Source: Oscillospiraceae bacterium (GTDB lineage: Bacteria > Bacillota > Clostridia > Oscillospirales > Oscillospiraceae). Taken from it: DNA of 64,000 nucleotides. Of this stretch, positions 38,583 to 47,946 are shown in pieces (the stretch's first letter is position 1; every line of letters starts with the position of its first letter). The notes under the pieces are model-generated. The model searched no databases. It was not told the DNA's origin and worked only from the letters and a program-made list of their open reading frames with translations. Both the position numbers and the translations under genes were made by a program. The stretch covers positions 385 to 64,384 of the forward strand of contig JAFTFT010000008.1 of assembly GCA_017458335.1 (NCBI GenBank), written 5' to 3'.

Positions 38583-39338
38583 ATGGAACATACAAACGGA
38601 ATTGAAAATGAGCTGATTGAAGGCAGAAATGCCATTACGGAAGCCCTGCGGGCCGGAAGGCCGATCGACAAGATCTATATCGCCGGCGGGGACGGAGACC
38701 GGACTCTGGGCTTTATCGCCGCGGCGGCGAAGGACAGAGGCATCACGGTGGTGGAATGCGACCGGCGGAAGCTCGACGCCATGAGCGAGACACACGCGCA
38801 CCAGGGTGTGATCGCCGTCTGCGCGGTGCGGGATTATGTCACGGTGCAGGACATCCTGGACCGGGCGGAAGAACTTGGAGAAGATCCCTTTGTGGTGGTC
38901 TGCGACGAGATCACCGACAGCCACAATCTCGGCGCCATCATCCGCTCGGCGGAGTGCGCGGGCGCCCACGGGGTGATCATCCCGAAGCGCAGAAGCGCCG
39001 GGCTGACCGCGGTGGTGAACAAGGCCTCCGCCGGCGCGGCGGAGCATCTGCCGGTGGCCAGAGTGGCGAATCTTCGGACGGCCCTCAACGAGCTGAAGGA
39101 GCACGGCGTCTGGATCTACGGCACCGCGGCGGACGGAAGCTGCGAGCTGTGGAAGACAGAGCTGACCGGGCCGATCGCGCTCGTGATCGGCTCAGAGGGA
39201 ACCGGGATGGGGAGACTGGTCCGGGAGAGCTGCGATTTTGTCCTGTCCCTGCCGATGAAAGGGAAAATCTCGTCTCTGAACGCGTCGGTGGCAGGCGCGA
39301 TCGTGATGTATGAGATCATGCGCCAGCGCAGTCTCTGA
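38583..39338 (+). CDS. rlmB: 23S rRNA (guanosine-2'-O)-methyltransferase RlmB/YacO (SpoU/TrmH family)
   Basis: 251 aa. It has an N-terminal SpoU_sub_bind-like segment (EGRNAITEALRAGRPIDKIYI) and the SpoU motifs NLGAIIRSAECAGAHGVIIP, GSEGTGM and SLNASVAGAIVMYE. Confidence 0.9.
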   Translation: MEHTNGIENELIEGRNAITEALRAGRPIDKIYIAGGDGDRTLGFIAAAAKDRGITVVECDRRKLDAMSETHAHQGVIAVCAVRDYVTVQDILDRAEELGEDPFVVVCDEITDSHNLGAIIRSAECAGAHGVIIPKRRSAGLTAVVNKASAGAAEHLPVARVANLRTALNELKEHGVWIYGTAADGSCELWKTELTGPIALVIGSEGTGMGRLVRESCDFVLSLPMKGKISSLNASVAGAIVMYEIMRQRSL

Positions 39339-39400
39339 GCAGCCAATCGTCAAGGAAAGAAAAAACTGATCGGTCGTTTTGACGACGGAACGGGGTAAGT

Positions 39401-42400
39401 ATGAAGCGGGAGAAATGGAACCGGAAAACGGATCTGCGGAATGATCCGGCGGAATCGGTGTCCGGCGCGTATGAGCCTGAAAGAGAATACACACTGGAAG
39501 AGATTCTGTCAGAATTTTCGGGGGACCGGGACAGCTCCGGAGAACAGGCATGGGAGAATGAAGCTCTGCTGATGAGCGATTTCGAACTGGACCTGTTTGA
39601 CCGGTATGAGTCAGCCGCGAAGCCGGCTGCCGAAAGCGAAGCGGACAGCGATCTCTCTCCCGCCGCACATATCATGGAGGAGGAGAGTCAGATAACCGCA
39701 GAAGCAGTGGCTCCGGAGGCTATACTGACTCCGGAGTATACCGCGGATCCGGCGGAAGCCGGTCCTGAGCAAACAGATTATGAATCAATCACGGAGGAAA
39801 AGACGGAACAATCGGACAAACCGGAACCGTCAGGAAAAGCGGAAAAACCGGAGAAGGCGCAAAAGAGCGGCCGGGAACGCAAAAACCGCCGCAGAAAACA
39901 GAAGATCGTTGAAGAATTTCCGGATATGCCACCGGAGGAAAACCCGGCGGTCAGCGGCGATATGGACTATACGGCGCTGTTTCGGATGTTTGCGGATCCG
40001 GAACAGGCGGAGACCACTGCGTCAGCGGGGGCAGAGAAGACTTCGGATGACGCAGAGAGAGAAGCACCTAGCACCCGGCCGGACGATCCGGAACAAGCGG
40101 AGGAAAAGCGGCACGCGCCGGCGGAGACACCGCTTTTTGCGGAGAACTCGCCGGATTTTCGGGATATACTGAGAGAATTTATGCTGGGTGACCAGCACCC
40201 GATCTATGCGGACATGCCCGGGATCGGGAAAAAAGCAGGCGGAACCCCTGCCGCTTCGGATGAACTCGCGGATCTGGATGCCGCCATCATGAGCGTCATT
40301 CCCAAGGCGGCTGCCATCACGCAGCGCAAGGAGAGACAACCGGAGCCGGAACCTGCTGTGGAGCCGCAGCACGCAGCAGACGGCGGCGCTGGACAGAGAA
40401 AGGCCGAAGCCGCTCCCGCGGCAAAGGGCAAAGGAAAGCCCGGACGGAGACTGAACCTGGATCTCGGATCCAGACTGAAATCGATCACGAAACCGAAACA
40501 AAAACCGGAGACGGCATCCGAGCCGGCACCGGAAAAGAAAGTGCGGGAATACCACGTCGAAGAGGACTTCCCCACAGAAGTGCCGCAGGACGAGCCTCAG
40601 CCGGAGTCCGAGCCGCAGGAGAGCAGCTGGGAGCTGCTGGGTGATCTGCCCGAAGCGGCGGAACAGGGAGCGGAAATTCCTGACGACAGCGATGAAGGCG
40701 AACGAGAGGCGGAGATGGCGGAACCAGCCCTGACGGAAGCTGCTCCGACGGGGCCGGAGGAAGAGGACGCAGAGAGCGAGGAGCAGAGAGGCCGCCTGAA
40801 AAAGCTGCTGCACGGCTTCGGCGGATCGCGCAGCGCCAGAAAACGGGCGCTGAATGAACCAAAGGTCTATGCCAGCTTTGAGGATTATGTCCCGAGCGAG
40901 GAAGCACTGGCCGAAAACACGAAAGCGGCCGAAGAGAGAACTTCTGCCCCGGATCAGGCCGGCACGGGAGACGGACAGGAGCCAGCGCCCTATGACAGCG
41001 CCGTGCCGGAAGAGGACGATGAGATCCTCTATGCGGGCGACTTCCCGTCCTTCGGACAGTGGATCCTGAATGAGCTGATGACGCTGTGGATCCGCCTGAA
41101 CGGGATCGGAAACCGGGAGAGCACCGCCACCATGGAGGACGACGGCGAAGACCTCGGAAAAGAGGTCAACGTGGCCAACGCCTCCCGTTATTACGGCTCC
41201 CAGGTGACCATGCTCCGCATGAGATTCCAGATCGGACTGGTCTTACTCGCCATCCTGGCGTATCTGACGCTGGGCCTGCCGGTGAGCGGCATGCTGAAAA
41301 CCGCCAAGGTTTCGGCGGCGATGTGCCTCGGCCTGCAGCTGACGATCATGCTGCTATGCCTGGACGTGGTCACCAATGCGGCGGTGAATCTGACCCGGAG
41401 ACGCTTCGGCGCCGATTCGCTGGCGGTGCTGGCCTGTGTGATCAGTTCCTTTGACGCGCTGAGCGTGGCGGTGGGCGGTTTCGGCTCGCCGCATATCCCG
41501 CTGTGCCTGTTCTCAAGCCTTTCGCTGATGGGCGTTCTGTTTTCGTCCCTGCTGTCGGCAAGGGCTCTTCGCAAGTCCATCCGTGTTCCTGCCATCGGAA
41601 AGCGGGTATACTGTGTGACGGCGGAAGAAGGGGTGCGCGCCAAAGGCGACCTGACGCTGCTGAAGTCGGTTCGGCCCTCGGCGGGGTTTGTGCGCCGGGC
41701 GGAAGAGACGCCGCCGGATGAATCGATGTTTTCCAGAAGCGCGCTCCTGCAGCTGCTTGCCGCGCTGCTGCTTTCCCTGCTGACGGCGCTAATAAAGCAC
41801 AGCATGGGGGATTATCTCTACATTCTCTCCGCAATCCTGTCCTGCGCGGTTCCGGTGACGGCGCTGCTGGCCTTTGCCCTGCCGTTCTTCATCGGCTCAG
41901 GAAGAATCTTCTCCAGCGGAGCGGCTGTCGCAGGCTGGTCCGGGATCCACGATATCGGATGCAGCCGGAACCTGATCGTGACCGACCGGGATCTCTTCCC
42001 GGAGGAAACGGTATCGATCGAGACGGTGCGCATTTTTGCCGACGACAGCGCGGAGCGGGTCATCGGCTTCGCCGGGAGCATGGTCGCGGCCTCTGGCTCG
42101 GGACTGGCGCCGTGCTTTGCGGAGCTGATGGAAAAGAACAATTGCCGGATGCGCCAGGTAGAGGACTTCCAGTGGCTGGCCGGCGGAGGCCTGCAGGGAC
42201 GGATCGAGGGCAGCACGGTTCTGTGCGGCAGCCCGGATCTGATGCAGCTGATGAACGTCAAGGTGCCGTACCGTCTGGTGGACAAGACGACGGTGCTGCT
42301 GGCCATCGACGGCGTACTCTACGGAATCTTCAAGATCAACTATATCGGTCTGCCGGAGATCCGCACGGCGCTACAGGAGCTGATCGCCTCCAACCGCCAC

Positions 42401-42784
42401 CCGATTTTTGCCATCCGGGACTTCAACATCACCCCGGACCTGCTGCATGAGGTGTTCGACGTGGCGACGGACGGATATGACTTCCCACCCTATGGGGACC
42501 GCTTCCGGATCTCCGAGGCGCAGCCTTCCGAGACCAGCAAGGTTTCGGCGGTCATCTGCCGGGAAGGCCTCGGCCCGCTGACGCATCTGGCGGACACCGG
42601 AAGAAGCATGTATGTCGCCATTCGCATGAACCTGATCGTCACGGCGGCCGTCGCGGTGATCGGGATGCTCGCGGTGTTTGTCAAGCTCATCGGAACGGGT
42701 GAAGTCAGCGCCTGGCTCCCGTTCGTGCTGATGCTGCTGGATGCGATCATTGTCTCACTGATCAGCCTGTTTATGAGATTTTGA
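39401..42784 (+). CDS. Large membrane protein: an acidic, disordered N-terminal region of about 590 aa fused to a catalytically degenerate heavy-metal P-type-ATPase-like core
   Basis: 1127 aa. The C-terminal half is colinear with P1B ATPases, but every catalytic motif is altered. CPC becomes SCAVP. DKTGTLT becomes VTDRDLF. MLTGDN becomes AIRDFN. GDGINDAP becomes CREGLGPL. The A-domain is shortened and has no TGES. Confidence 0.7.
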   Translation: MKREKWNRKTDLRNDPAESVSGAYEPEREYTLEEILSEFSGDRDSSGEQAWENEALLMSDFELDLFDRYESAAKPAAESEADSDLSPAAHIMEEESQITAEAVAPEAILTPEYTADPAEAGPEQTDYESITEEKTEQSDKPEPSGKAEKPEKAQKSGRERKNRRRKQKIVEEFPDMPPEENPAVSGDMDYTALFRMFADPEQAETTASAGAEKTSDDAEREAPSTRPDDPEQAEEKRHAPAETPLFAENSPDFRDILREFMLGDQHPIYADMPGIGKKAGGTPAASDELADLDAAIMSVIPKAAAITQRKERQPEPEPAVEPQHAADGGAGQRKAEAAPAAKGKGKPGRRLNLDLGSRLKSITKPKQKPETASEPAPEKKVREYHVEEDFPTEVPQDEPQPESEPQESSWELLGDLPEAAEQGAEIPDDSDEGEREAEMAEPALTEAAPTGPEEEDAESEEQRGRLKKLLHGFGGSRSARKRALNEPKVYASFEDYVPSEEALAENTKAAEERTSAPDQAGTGDGQEPAPYDSAVPEEDDEILYAGDFPSFGQWILNELMTLWIRLNGIGNRESTATMEDDGEDLGKEVNVANASRYYGSQVTMLRMRFQIGLVLLAILAYLTLGLPVSGMLKTAKVSAAMCLGLQLTIMLLCLDVVTNAAVNLTRRRFGADSLAVLACVISSFDALSVAVGGFGSPHIPLCLFSSLSLMGVLFSSLLSARALRKSIRVPAIGKRVYCVTAEEGVRAKGDLTLLKSVRPSAGFVRRAEETPPDESMFSRSALLQLLAALLLSLLTALIKHSMGDYLYILSAILSCAVPVTALLAFALPFFIGSGRIFSSGAAVAGWSGIHDIGCSRNLIVTDRDLFPEETVSIETVRIFADDSAERVIGFAGSMVAASGSGLAPCFAELMEKNNCRMRQVEDFQWLAGGGLQGRIEGSTVLCGSPDLMQLMNVKVPYRLVDKTTVLLAIDGVLYGIFKINYIGLPEIRTALQELIASNRHPIFAIRDFNITPDLLHEVFDVATDGYDFPPYGDRFRISEAQPSETSKVSAVICREGLGPLTHLADTGRSMYVAIRMNLIVTAAVAVIGMLAVFVKLIGTGEVSAWLPFVLMLLDAIIVSLISLFMRF

Positions 42785-42912
42785 CGGAAAATGAAAATTT
42801 CTGTTGCCAAACCAAGGCAGTATCGTGTAAAATAGAATGAATCACGTTTCAGACGGAATGTCTGCTTGATCGGTCAATACATTTTATTTTTATTCTAGAG
42901 AGGAAGCATATT

Positions 42913-44925
42913 ATGGAAAGTAAAAACATTCGCAACATCGCCCTTCTCGGGCACGGAAACAGCGGAAAAACCAGCCTTGCCGAGAGCATGCTGTTTGTCA
43001 CCGGCGCTGTCGACCGCCTTGGTAAGGTAACCGACGGAAACACCGTATGCGATTATGACGCGGAAGAAATCAAGCGCCAGATTACCATCGCATCCTCTTT
43101 GGCTCCGGTTTCCTTCGGCGGCGGTAAAGTGAATGTTCTGGACTGCCCGGGATATTTTGACTTCGTCGGTGAGGTCCTCTGTGCCCTTCGTGCGGTGGAA
43201 GCGGGTGTGATCCTCTGCTCTGCCAAGGACGGCATTTCCGTCGGCGCCGAGCGCAGCTGGAAGTATCTCAAGGCGGCCAATCTCCCGACGGCGTTTGTGA
43301 TCTCCAAGTGCGATGAAGAGCACGGTGACTACTTTGCCGTGGTGGATGCGCTGCGTGCCAAGTACGGCAGCATCGTCGCCCCGGTTACCATCCCGACTTC
43401 CGACGGCAAGGGCGTGATCGATCTGGTCCACAACGTCTGCTACATGACAAACGGCGCCAAGAGCACCAAGGGCGCGATCCCCGCTGCCGATGCCGGCCAT
43501 GTCGAGGACCTGAGAATGGAACTCATGGAGACTGCCGCAGGCGCCACCGAAGAGCTTATGGAGAAGTTCTTTGAGACCATGGAACTGGAAGAGGCCGACA
43601 TGGTCGCCGGAATCCGCGCCGGTATGAAGGACCGCAGTGTGGTTCCCGTGTTCGCCAGCTCCGCCATGCAGAACATCGGCACCGAGGCTTTCCTGCAGGG
43701 TGTTATGGACTATGTCCCGGCTCCTGTGGAGATGGACGGCATCGACGCCTCGGCTCCGACCCAGGGCTTTGTCTTCAAGACCGTTTCCGACCAGTTCGGC
43801 AAGTACAGCTTCGTAAAGGTCATGAAGGGAAGCATCACCTCCGATATGTCCCTGCGCAACGTGCGCGCTTCCTCTACCGATAAGCTCGGCCGTCTTTACA
43901 GCATCTGCGGCAAGAAGACCACCGAAGTGAAAGACGCCTGCTGCGGCGACATCGTCGCCGTCGGCAAGATGGACTGGAAGACCGGCGACACGGTCTGCGA
44001 CCCGAAGAACGAAGCAGAGCTGCCCGCCATCGAGATGCCGGAACCCTGCTATTCCATGGCCATCGCGCCGAAGACCAAGGGCCAGGACGACAAGGTCGCT
44101 GGCGGCCTTGCCAGACTCAACGAGGAAGACATCTCCTTCACGCTCGTCAACAACGCCGAGACCCATCAGATGGTCATCTCCGGCCAGGGCGATATCCAGG
44201 TCGATGTCCTCTGCGCCAAGCTCAAGAGCCGCTTCGGTGTTGACACCGAGCTTTCCCAGGCCCGCGTCGCCTACCGCGAGAAGATCAAGGGCAAGGTTGA
44301 AGCCCACGGCCGTCACAAGAAGCAGTCCGGCGGTTCCGGTCAGTTCGGTGATGTGTGGATCCGCTTTGAGCCGCAGGATGAGCAGGACGACATGATCTTC
44401 GCCGAAGAGGTCTTCGGCGGCTCCGTTCCGAAAAACTTCTTCCCCTCTGTCGAAAAGGGCCTGCGCAACGCGGTGCAGAAGGGCGTTCTGGCGGGCTATC
44501 CGCTGGTCGGCCTGAAGGCCACGCTGTACGACGGATCCTATCACCCGGTTGACTCCAATGATATGGCCTTCCAGACGGCTGCCCGTCTTGCCTATCAGGA
44601 CGGCATTCCCAAGGCCAAGCCCACCATCCTCGAGCCCATCGGCCTGCTGCAGGTCACCATTCCCGATGCAAACCTCGGCGATATCATGAGCGACATCAGC
44701 TCCAAGCGCCGCGGCACCGTGCTCGGCATGAACGCCGAAGACGGAATGCAGACCGTCGAAGCCGAAGTTCCCATGGCCGAGATGGGCTCCTACACGATCG
44801 ACCTCCGCTCCATGACTCAGGGCCGCGGCTCCTTCTCCTGCAAGTTCATCCGCTATGAGGAGGCCCCCGGCAACGTCCAGCAGAAGGTCATCGAAGAAGC
44901 CAAAGCTTTGGCTGAACAGGAATGA
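42913..44925 (+). CDS. Elongation factor G paralogue (EF-G-like translational GTPase)
   Basis: 670 aa. It has G1 GHGNSGKT, G3 DCPG and G4 SKCD, and all five EF-G domains are recognisable (for example GQGDIQVDV and HKKQSGGSGQFG). Confidence 0.9.
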   Translation: MESKNIRNIALLGHGNSGKTSLAESMLFVTGAVDRLGKVTDGNTVCDYDAEEIKRQITIASSLAPVSFGGGKVNVLDCPGYFDFVGEVLCALRAVEAGVILCSAKDGISVGAERSWKYLKAANLPTAFVISKCDEEHGDYFAVVDALRAKYGSIVAPVTIPTSDGKGVIDLVHNVCYMTNGAKSTKGAIPAADAGHVEDLRMELMETAAGATEELMEKFFETMELEEADMVAGIRAGMKDRSVVPVFASSAMQNIGTEAFLQGVMDYVPAPVEMDGIDASAPTQGFVFKTVSDQFGKYSFVKVMKGSITSDMSLRNVRASSTDKLGRLYSICGKKTTEVKDACCGDIVAVGKMDWKTGDTVCDPKNEAELPAIEMPEPCYSMAIAPKTKGQDDKVAGGLARLNEEDISFTLVNNAETHQMVISGQGDIQVDVLCAKLKSRFGVDTELSQARVAYREKIKGKVEAHGRHKKQSGGSGQFGDVWIRFEPQDEQDDMIFAEEVFGGSVPKNFFPSVEKGLRNAVQKGVLAGYPLVGLKATLYDGSYHPVDSNDMAFQTAARLAYQDGIPKAKPTILEPIGLLQVTIPDANLGDIMSDISSKRRGTVLGMNAEDGMQTVEAEVPMAEMGSYTIDLRSMTQGRGSFSCKFIRYEEAPGNVQQKVIEEAKALAEQE

Positions 44926-45758
44926 GAGGCAGACTGACTGCAATTAAAAACATCGCCTGGGCACTGGCGATCGTTCTGTGCCTGCTCGCGGTTTTCATCG
45001 GCCTGCTGTTCGCCGCCTTCACGAGAAACAGTGAGGAACAGTTTCGCGGAGGTGTCAAGCTGGGCACCAGGCCGGTGAAGACGGAGAGTGTGGACAGTGC
45101 GGCAACAAGACCTGCGCAGATGAGCGACGGGTCGCTGCAGACACTCCCCCAGACAGAGGACGCCGGACAGGCTTATATTGACTCTCTGACTTTCCTGTGT
45201 GACAGTCCGTGGATCGGGCTGAAGAGCTATGCCATGCTGAGCGGCGGCGAAAGCACCACGCAGGTGTGGACCTCCCCGTCCGGCGTGATGGCCGTGGCGG
45301 ATCTCGCCGACAGCCGGATTGTCTTTCCGAATGACGGCTCCATTATCACCGCGGCCAATGCGGCCATGATCGTGCAGCCGCCGATCCTGGTGATCGCGCT
45401 GGGGAACGACGGAATTGCCAACATCGATCAGTTTGATTTTATCGACCGGTATAAGGCACTGATCAACGGCATCCGGCGGGCCAGCCCCAACACCTGGATC
45501 CTGTGTCTGCCGCTGACCTCCGTTACGATGGACTATAACACCGCAGACGGCCTGAGCGCCGCCAAGTGCAGCGAAGCCAACGGCTGGATCAGGACCGTGT
45601 GCGAGGACACCGGCGCCTACTATGTGGATGCGGTTTCCGAGATTCAGGACGTGAGCGGCCTGCTCCTTCAGGAGAATGCCTCCGCGGACGGACGGACGCT
45701 GAACTCCACCGGCCTGAACAAGATCCTTCAGTATCTGCGCTATCACGCGGTACAGTAA
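44922..45758 (+). CDS. Membrane-anchored protein, tentatively SGNH/GDSL-hydrolase-like
   Basis: 278 aa, coupled to the EF-G stop (ATGA). It has an N-terminal TM segment AWALAIVLCLLAVFIGLLFAAF, a block I-like FLCDSPW and a block III-like IALGNDG. The catalytic His block is unclear. Confidence 0.5.
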   Translation: MRGRLTAIKNIAWALAIVLCLLAVFIGLLFAAFTRNSEEQFRGGVKLGTRPVKTESVDSAATRPAQMSDGSLQTLPQTEDAGQAYIDSLTFLCDSPWIGLKSYAMLSGGESTTQVWTSPSGVMAVADLADSRIVFPNDGSIITAANAAMIVQPPILVIALGNDGIANIDQFDFIDRYKALINGIRRASPNTWILCLPLTSVTMDYNTADGLSAAKCSEANGWIRTVCEDTGAYYVDAVSEIQDVSGLLLQENASADGRTLNSTGLNKILQYLRYHAVQ

Positions 45759-45791
45759 GAGCCGGTCCACAGAATACAAAACAAAAGAAAG

Positions 45792-45825
45792 AAAACGCCC
45801 GGAGGCCAGGCCTCCGGGCGTTTTT
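45792..45825. terminator. Bidirectional rho-independent terminator
   Basis: AAAACGCCCGGAGGCC-AG-GCCTCCGGGCGTTTTT. Confidence 0.75.
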
Positions 45826-45851
45826 CAGGAGCAGGGGATCGGAAAAACGGA

Positions 45852-47165
45852 TCAGACGTCTCCGCGAAGGATTTTACGGATAAACGGGGGACGGACGACC
45901 TCTCCGTCACAGAGCTCATAGCAGTCAAGCAACTGGCGGGCGGCCTCCGCGGCGCTCTTTTCGTCCGCGGCATGGATCGAGGCAAGGGATTCCCCCTCCG
46001 CCACGGCATCTCCGAGCTTCTTGTGCAGAACGACGCCGACCCGCGGATCAATGACGTCCTCCTTGGTCGCGCGACCGCCGCCCAGTTTCATGCTGACCAG
46101 ACCGACCGCTTCGGCGTGGATGCGGCTGACGGTTCCGGCCCTGGGGGAGGGAACTTCGCAGATCACAGGCGCGGCGGGCAGAAGCTCGGGACGATAGACC
46201 GCGGAGGCGTCGCCACCCTGGGCAGTGACCATTTCGGCAAGCTTGTCCAGCGCGCGGCCTGACTTCACGGCATCAAGCAGCATCCGCTCTGCTGCATCGT
46301 GGTCGGAGGCATACCCCGCTTCGGTCAGCATGCAGCTGCCGAGTGCCAGGCACAGACGGAGAAGGTCGCCTTCTTCTTCCCCCTTCAGAACCGCAATGGC
46401 TTCCCGGACCTCCAGGGCGTTGCCGACAGCGTAGCCCAGCGGCTGATCCATGTCGGTGATGATGGCGGCGCATTTCTTCCCGGCGAGACGGCCGATACGC
46501 GTCAGATTCCGGGCGAGCTCCTCCGCGTCCTCCGCGGTCTTCATGAAAGAGCCGTCGCCGCACTTGACATCGAGGACGATCACGTCGGCGCCGGAGGCAA
46601 GCTTCTTGGACATGATGGAGCTGACAATCAGGGGGATCGACGGAACCGTGCCGGTCACATCCCGCAGGGCATAGAGTTTCTTGTCCGCCGGGACGAGATT
46701 GGCAGTCTGGCCCATGATGGCAATGCCGTGCCGGTTGACGTTTTCAAAAAACTGTTCTTCCGTGAGAGCGGTGGAGAAACCGGGAAAGCTCTCCAGCTTG
46801 TCGATGGTGCCGCCGGTATGGCCGAGACCGCGCCCGGACATCTTGGCGATCTTGAGCCCGCAGGCCGCGACCATGGGGCACAGCACCAGACTCGTCTTGT
46901 CACCGACGCCGCCGGTGGAATGCTTATCCGCCTTGATGCCCTGGATCGGACTGAGATCCAGAACATCGCCGGAGTGCTGCATCGCGAGCGTCAGATCCAG
47001 AACCTCACGGTCGTTCATCCCGCGAAGCAGAATCGCCATGCACATGGAGGACATCTGATAGTCCGGGATGATGCCGGCGGTGTAATCCGTGATCATATAC
47101 CGGATTTCATCCGTGGTCAGGGCCTGACCGTCGCGCTTCTTCGCAATGAGATCGGTCATACGCAT
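45852..47165 (-). CDS. pdp: Pyrimidine-nucleoside (thymidine) phosphorylase
   Basis: 437 aa. It carries MRMTDLIAKKRDGQALTTDEIRYMI, KHSTGGVGDK and SGRGLGHTGGT. Confidence 0.93.
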   Translation of the reverse strand: MRMTDLIAKKRDGQALTTDEIRYMITDYTAGIIPDYQMSSMCMAILLRGMNDREVLDLTLAMQHSGDVLDLSPIQGIKADKHSTGGVGDKTSLVLCPMVAACGLKIAKMSGRGLGHTGGTIDKLESFPGFSTALTEEQFFENVNRHGIAIMGQTANLVPADKKLYALRDVTGTVPSIPLIVSSIMSKKLASGADVIVLDVKCGDGSFMKTAEDAEELARNLTRIGRLAGKKCAAIITDMDQPLGYAVGNALEVREAIAVLKGEEEGDLLRLCLALGSCMLTEAGYASDHDAAERMLLDAVKSGRALDKLAEMVTAQGGDASAVYRPELLPAAPVICEVPSPRAGTVSRIHAEAVGLVSMKLGGGRATKEDVIDPRVGVVLHKKLGDAVAEGESLASIHAADEKSAAEAARQLLDCYELCDGEVVRPPFIRKILRGDV

Positions 47166-47214
47166 CGTAGAGAACCTCCCTGTCAGTGGTAATGAAGATT
47201 GAAGTCAAAAAGAG

Positions 47215-47946
47215 TCAGAACAGGAAACCGCCGTCCACGGTCAACACCTGTCCGGTGATATACTCGGAAACAGCAAGATGAAGCACGGATTCCGCAACCT
47301 CTTCGGGGGTGCCGAAGCGGCGCAGCGGCATCTCCTCCCGCAGCGCGGAGAGCGTCTCTTCGCCAAGCACCCGGATCATGTCCGTGTCGATGACGCCAGG
47401 GGCGACGCAGTTGACCCGGATCCCGCTGGGAGCGAGTTCGGCGGCCAGAGAGCGGGTCAGGCCGATGATGGCGTGTTTGGAAGCGGAATACACGCTTTCA
47501 CAGGAGGCTCCGTGGCTGCCCCAGATGGAACTGATGTTGACGATGCAGCCGCTGTGCGAGCGCAGCATGGGGCGGATCACGGCCTGGCTGCAGTTGAAGC
47601 AGCCGCCGAGGTTCACGGACAGAATCCGATGCCAGGTCTCCGGATCCACATCCTGAAACTGCTGCTGCCGGGCGATGCCGGCGTTGTTGACCAGCAGGGT
47701 CACATGGCCGAGGGAATCTTCAATCTGCCCGACCATCCGGTCAACCTGCTCCCGGTCGGAGACATCCGCCTGCACGCACATGGCGATGCGGTCTTCTTGG
47801 CGGAGCCGGCGGACAAGGGCTTCCGCCTTCTCCCGCTGCTCCAGGAAGTTAATGCACACGGCCCAGCCTTCATGGGCGAGAAGCGCCGCGGTGGCGGCGC
47901 CGATGCCGCGGGAAGAACCGGTGACGAGGGCAACTTTATCCATCAA
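47215..47946 (-). CDS. Short-chain dehydrogenase/reductase (FabG-like 3-oxoacyl reductase)
   Basis: 243 aa. It has TGSSRGIG, NNAG and the catalytic YSASK. Confidence 0.88.
   Translation of the reverse strand: MMDKVALVTGSSRGIGAATAALLAHEGWAVCINFLEQREKAEALVRRLRQEDRIAMCVQADVSDREQVDRMVGQIEDSLGHVTLLVNNAGIARQQQFQDVDPETWHRILSVNLGGCFNCSQAVIRPMLRSHSGCIVNISSIWGSHGASCESVYSASKHAIIGLTRSLAAELAPSGIRVNCVAPGVIDTDMIRVLGEETLSALREEMPLRRFGTPEEVAESVLHLAVSEYITGQVLTVDGGFLF

Noticed and set aside
39780-40813. ORFs 39780-40172(+) and 40022-40813(-), considered as separate small basic proteins
   Set aside because: Both lie inside the acidic low-complexity half of the 1127-aa gene. Their Arg/Lys-rich translations are the frame-shifted or antisense image of GAA/GAG/CCG-rich coding sequence.
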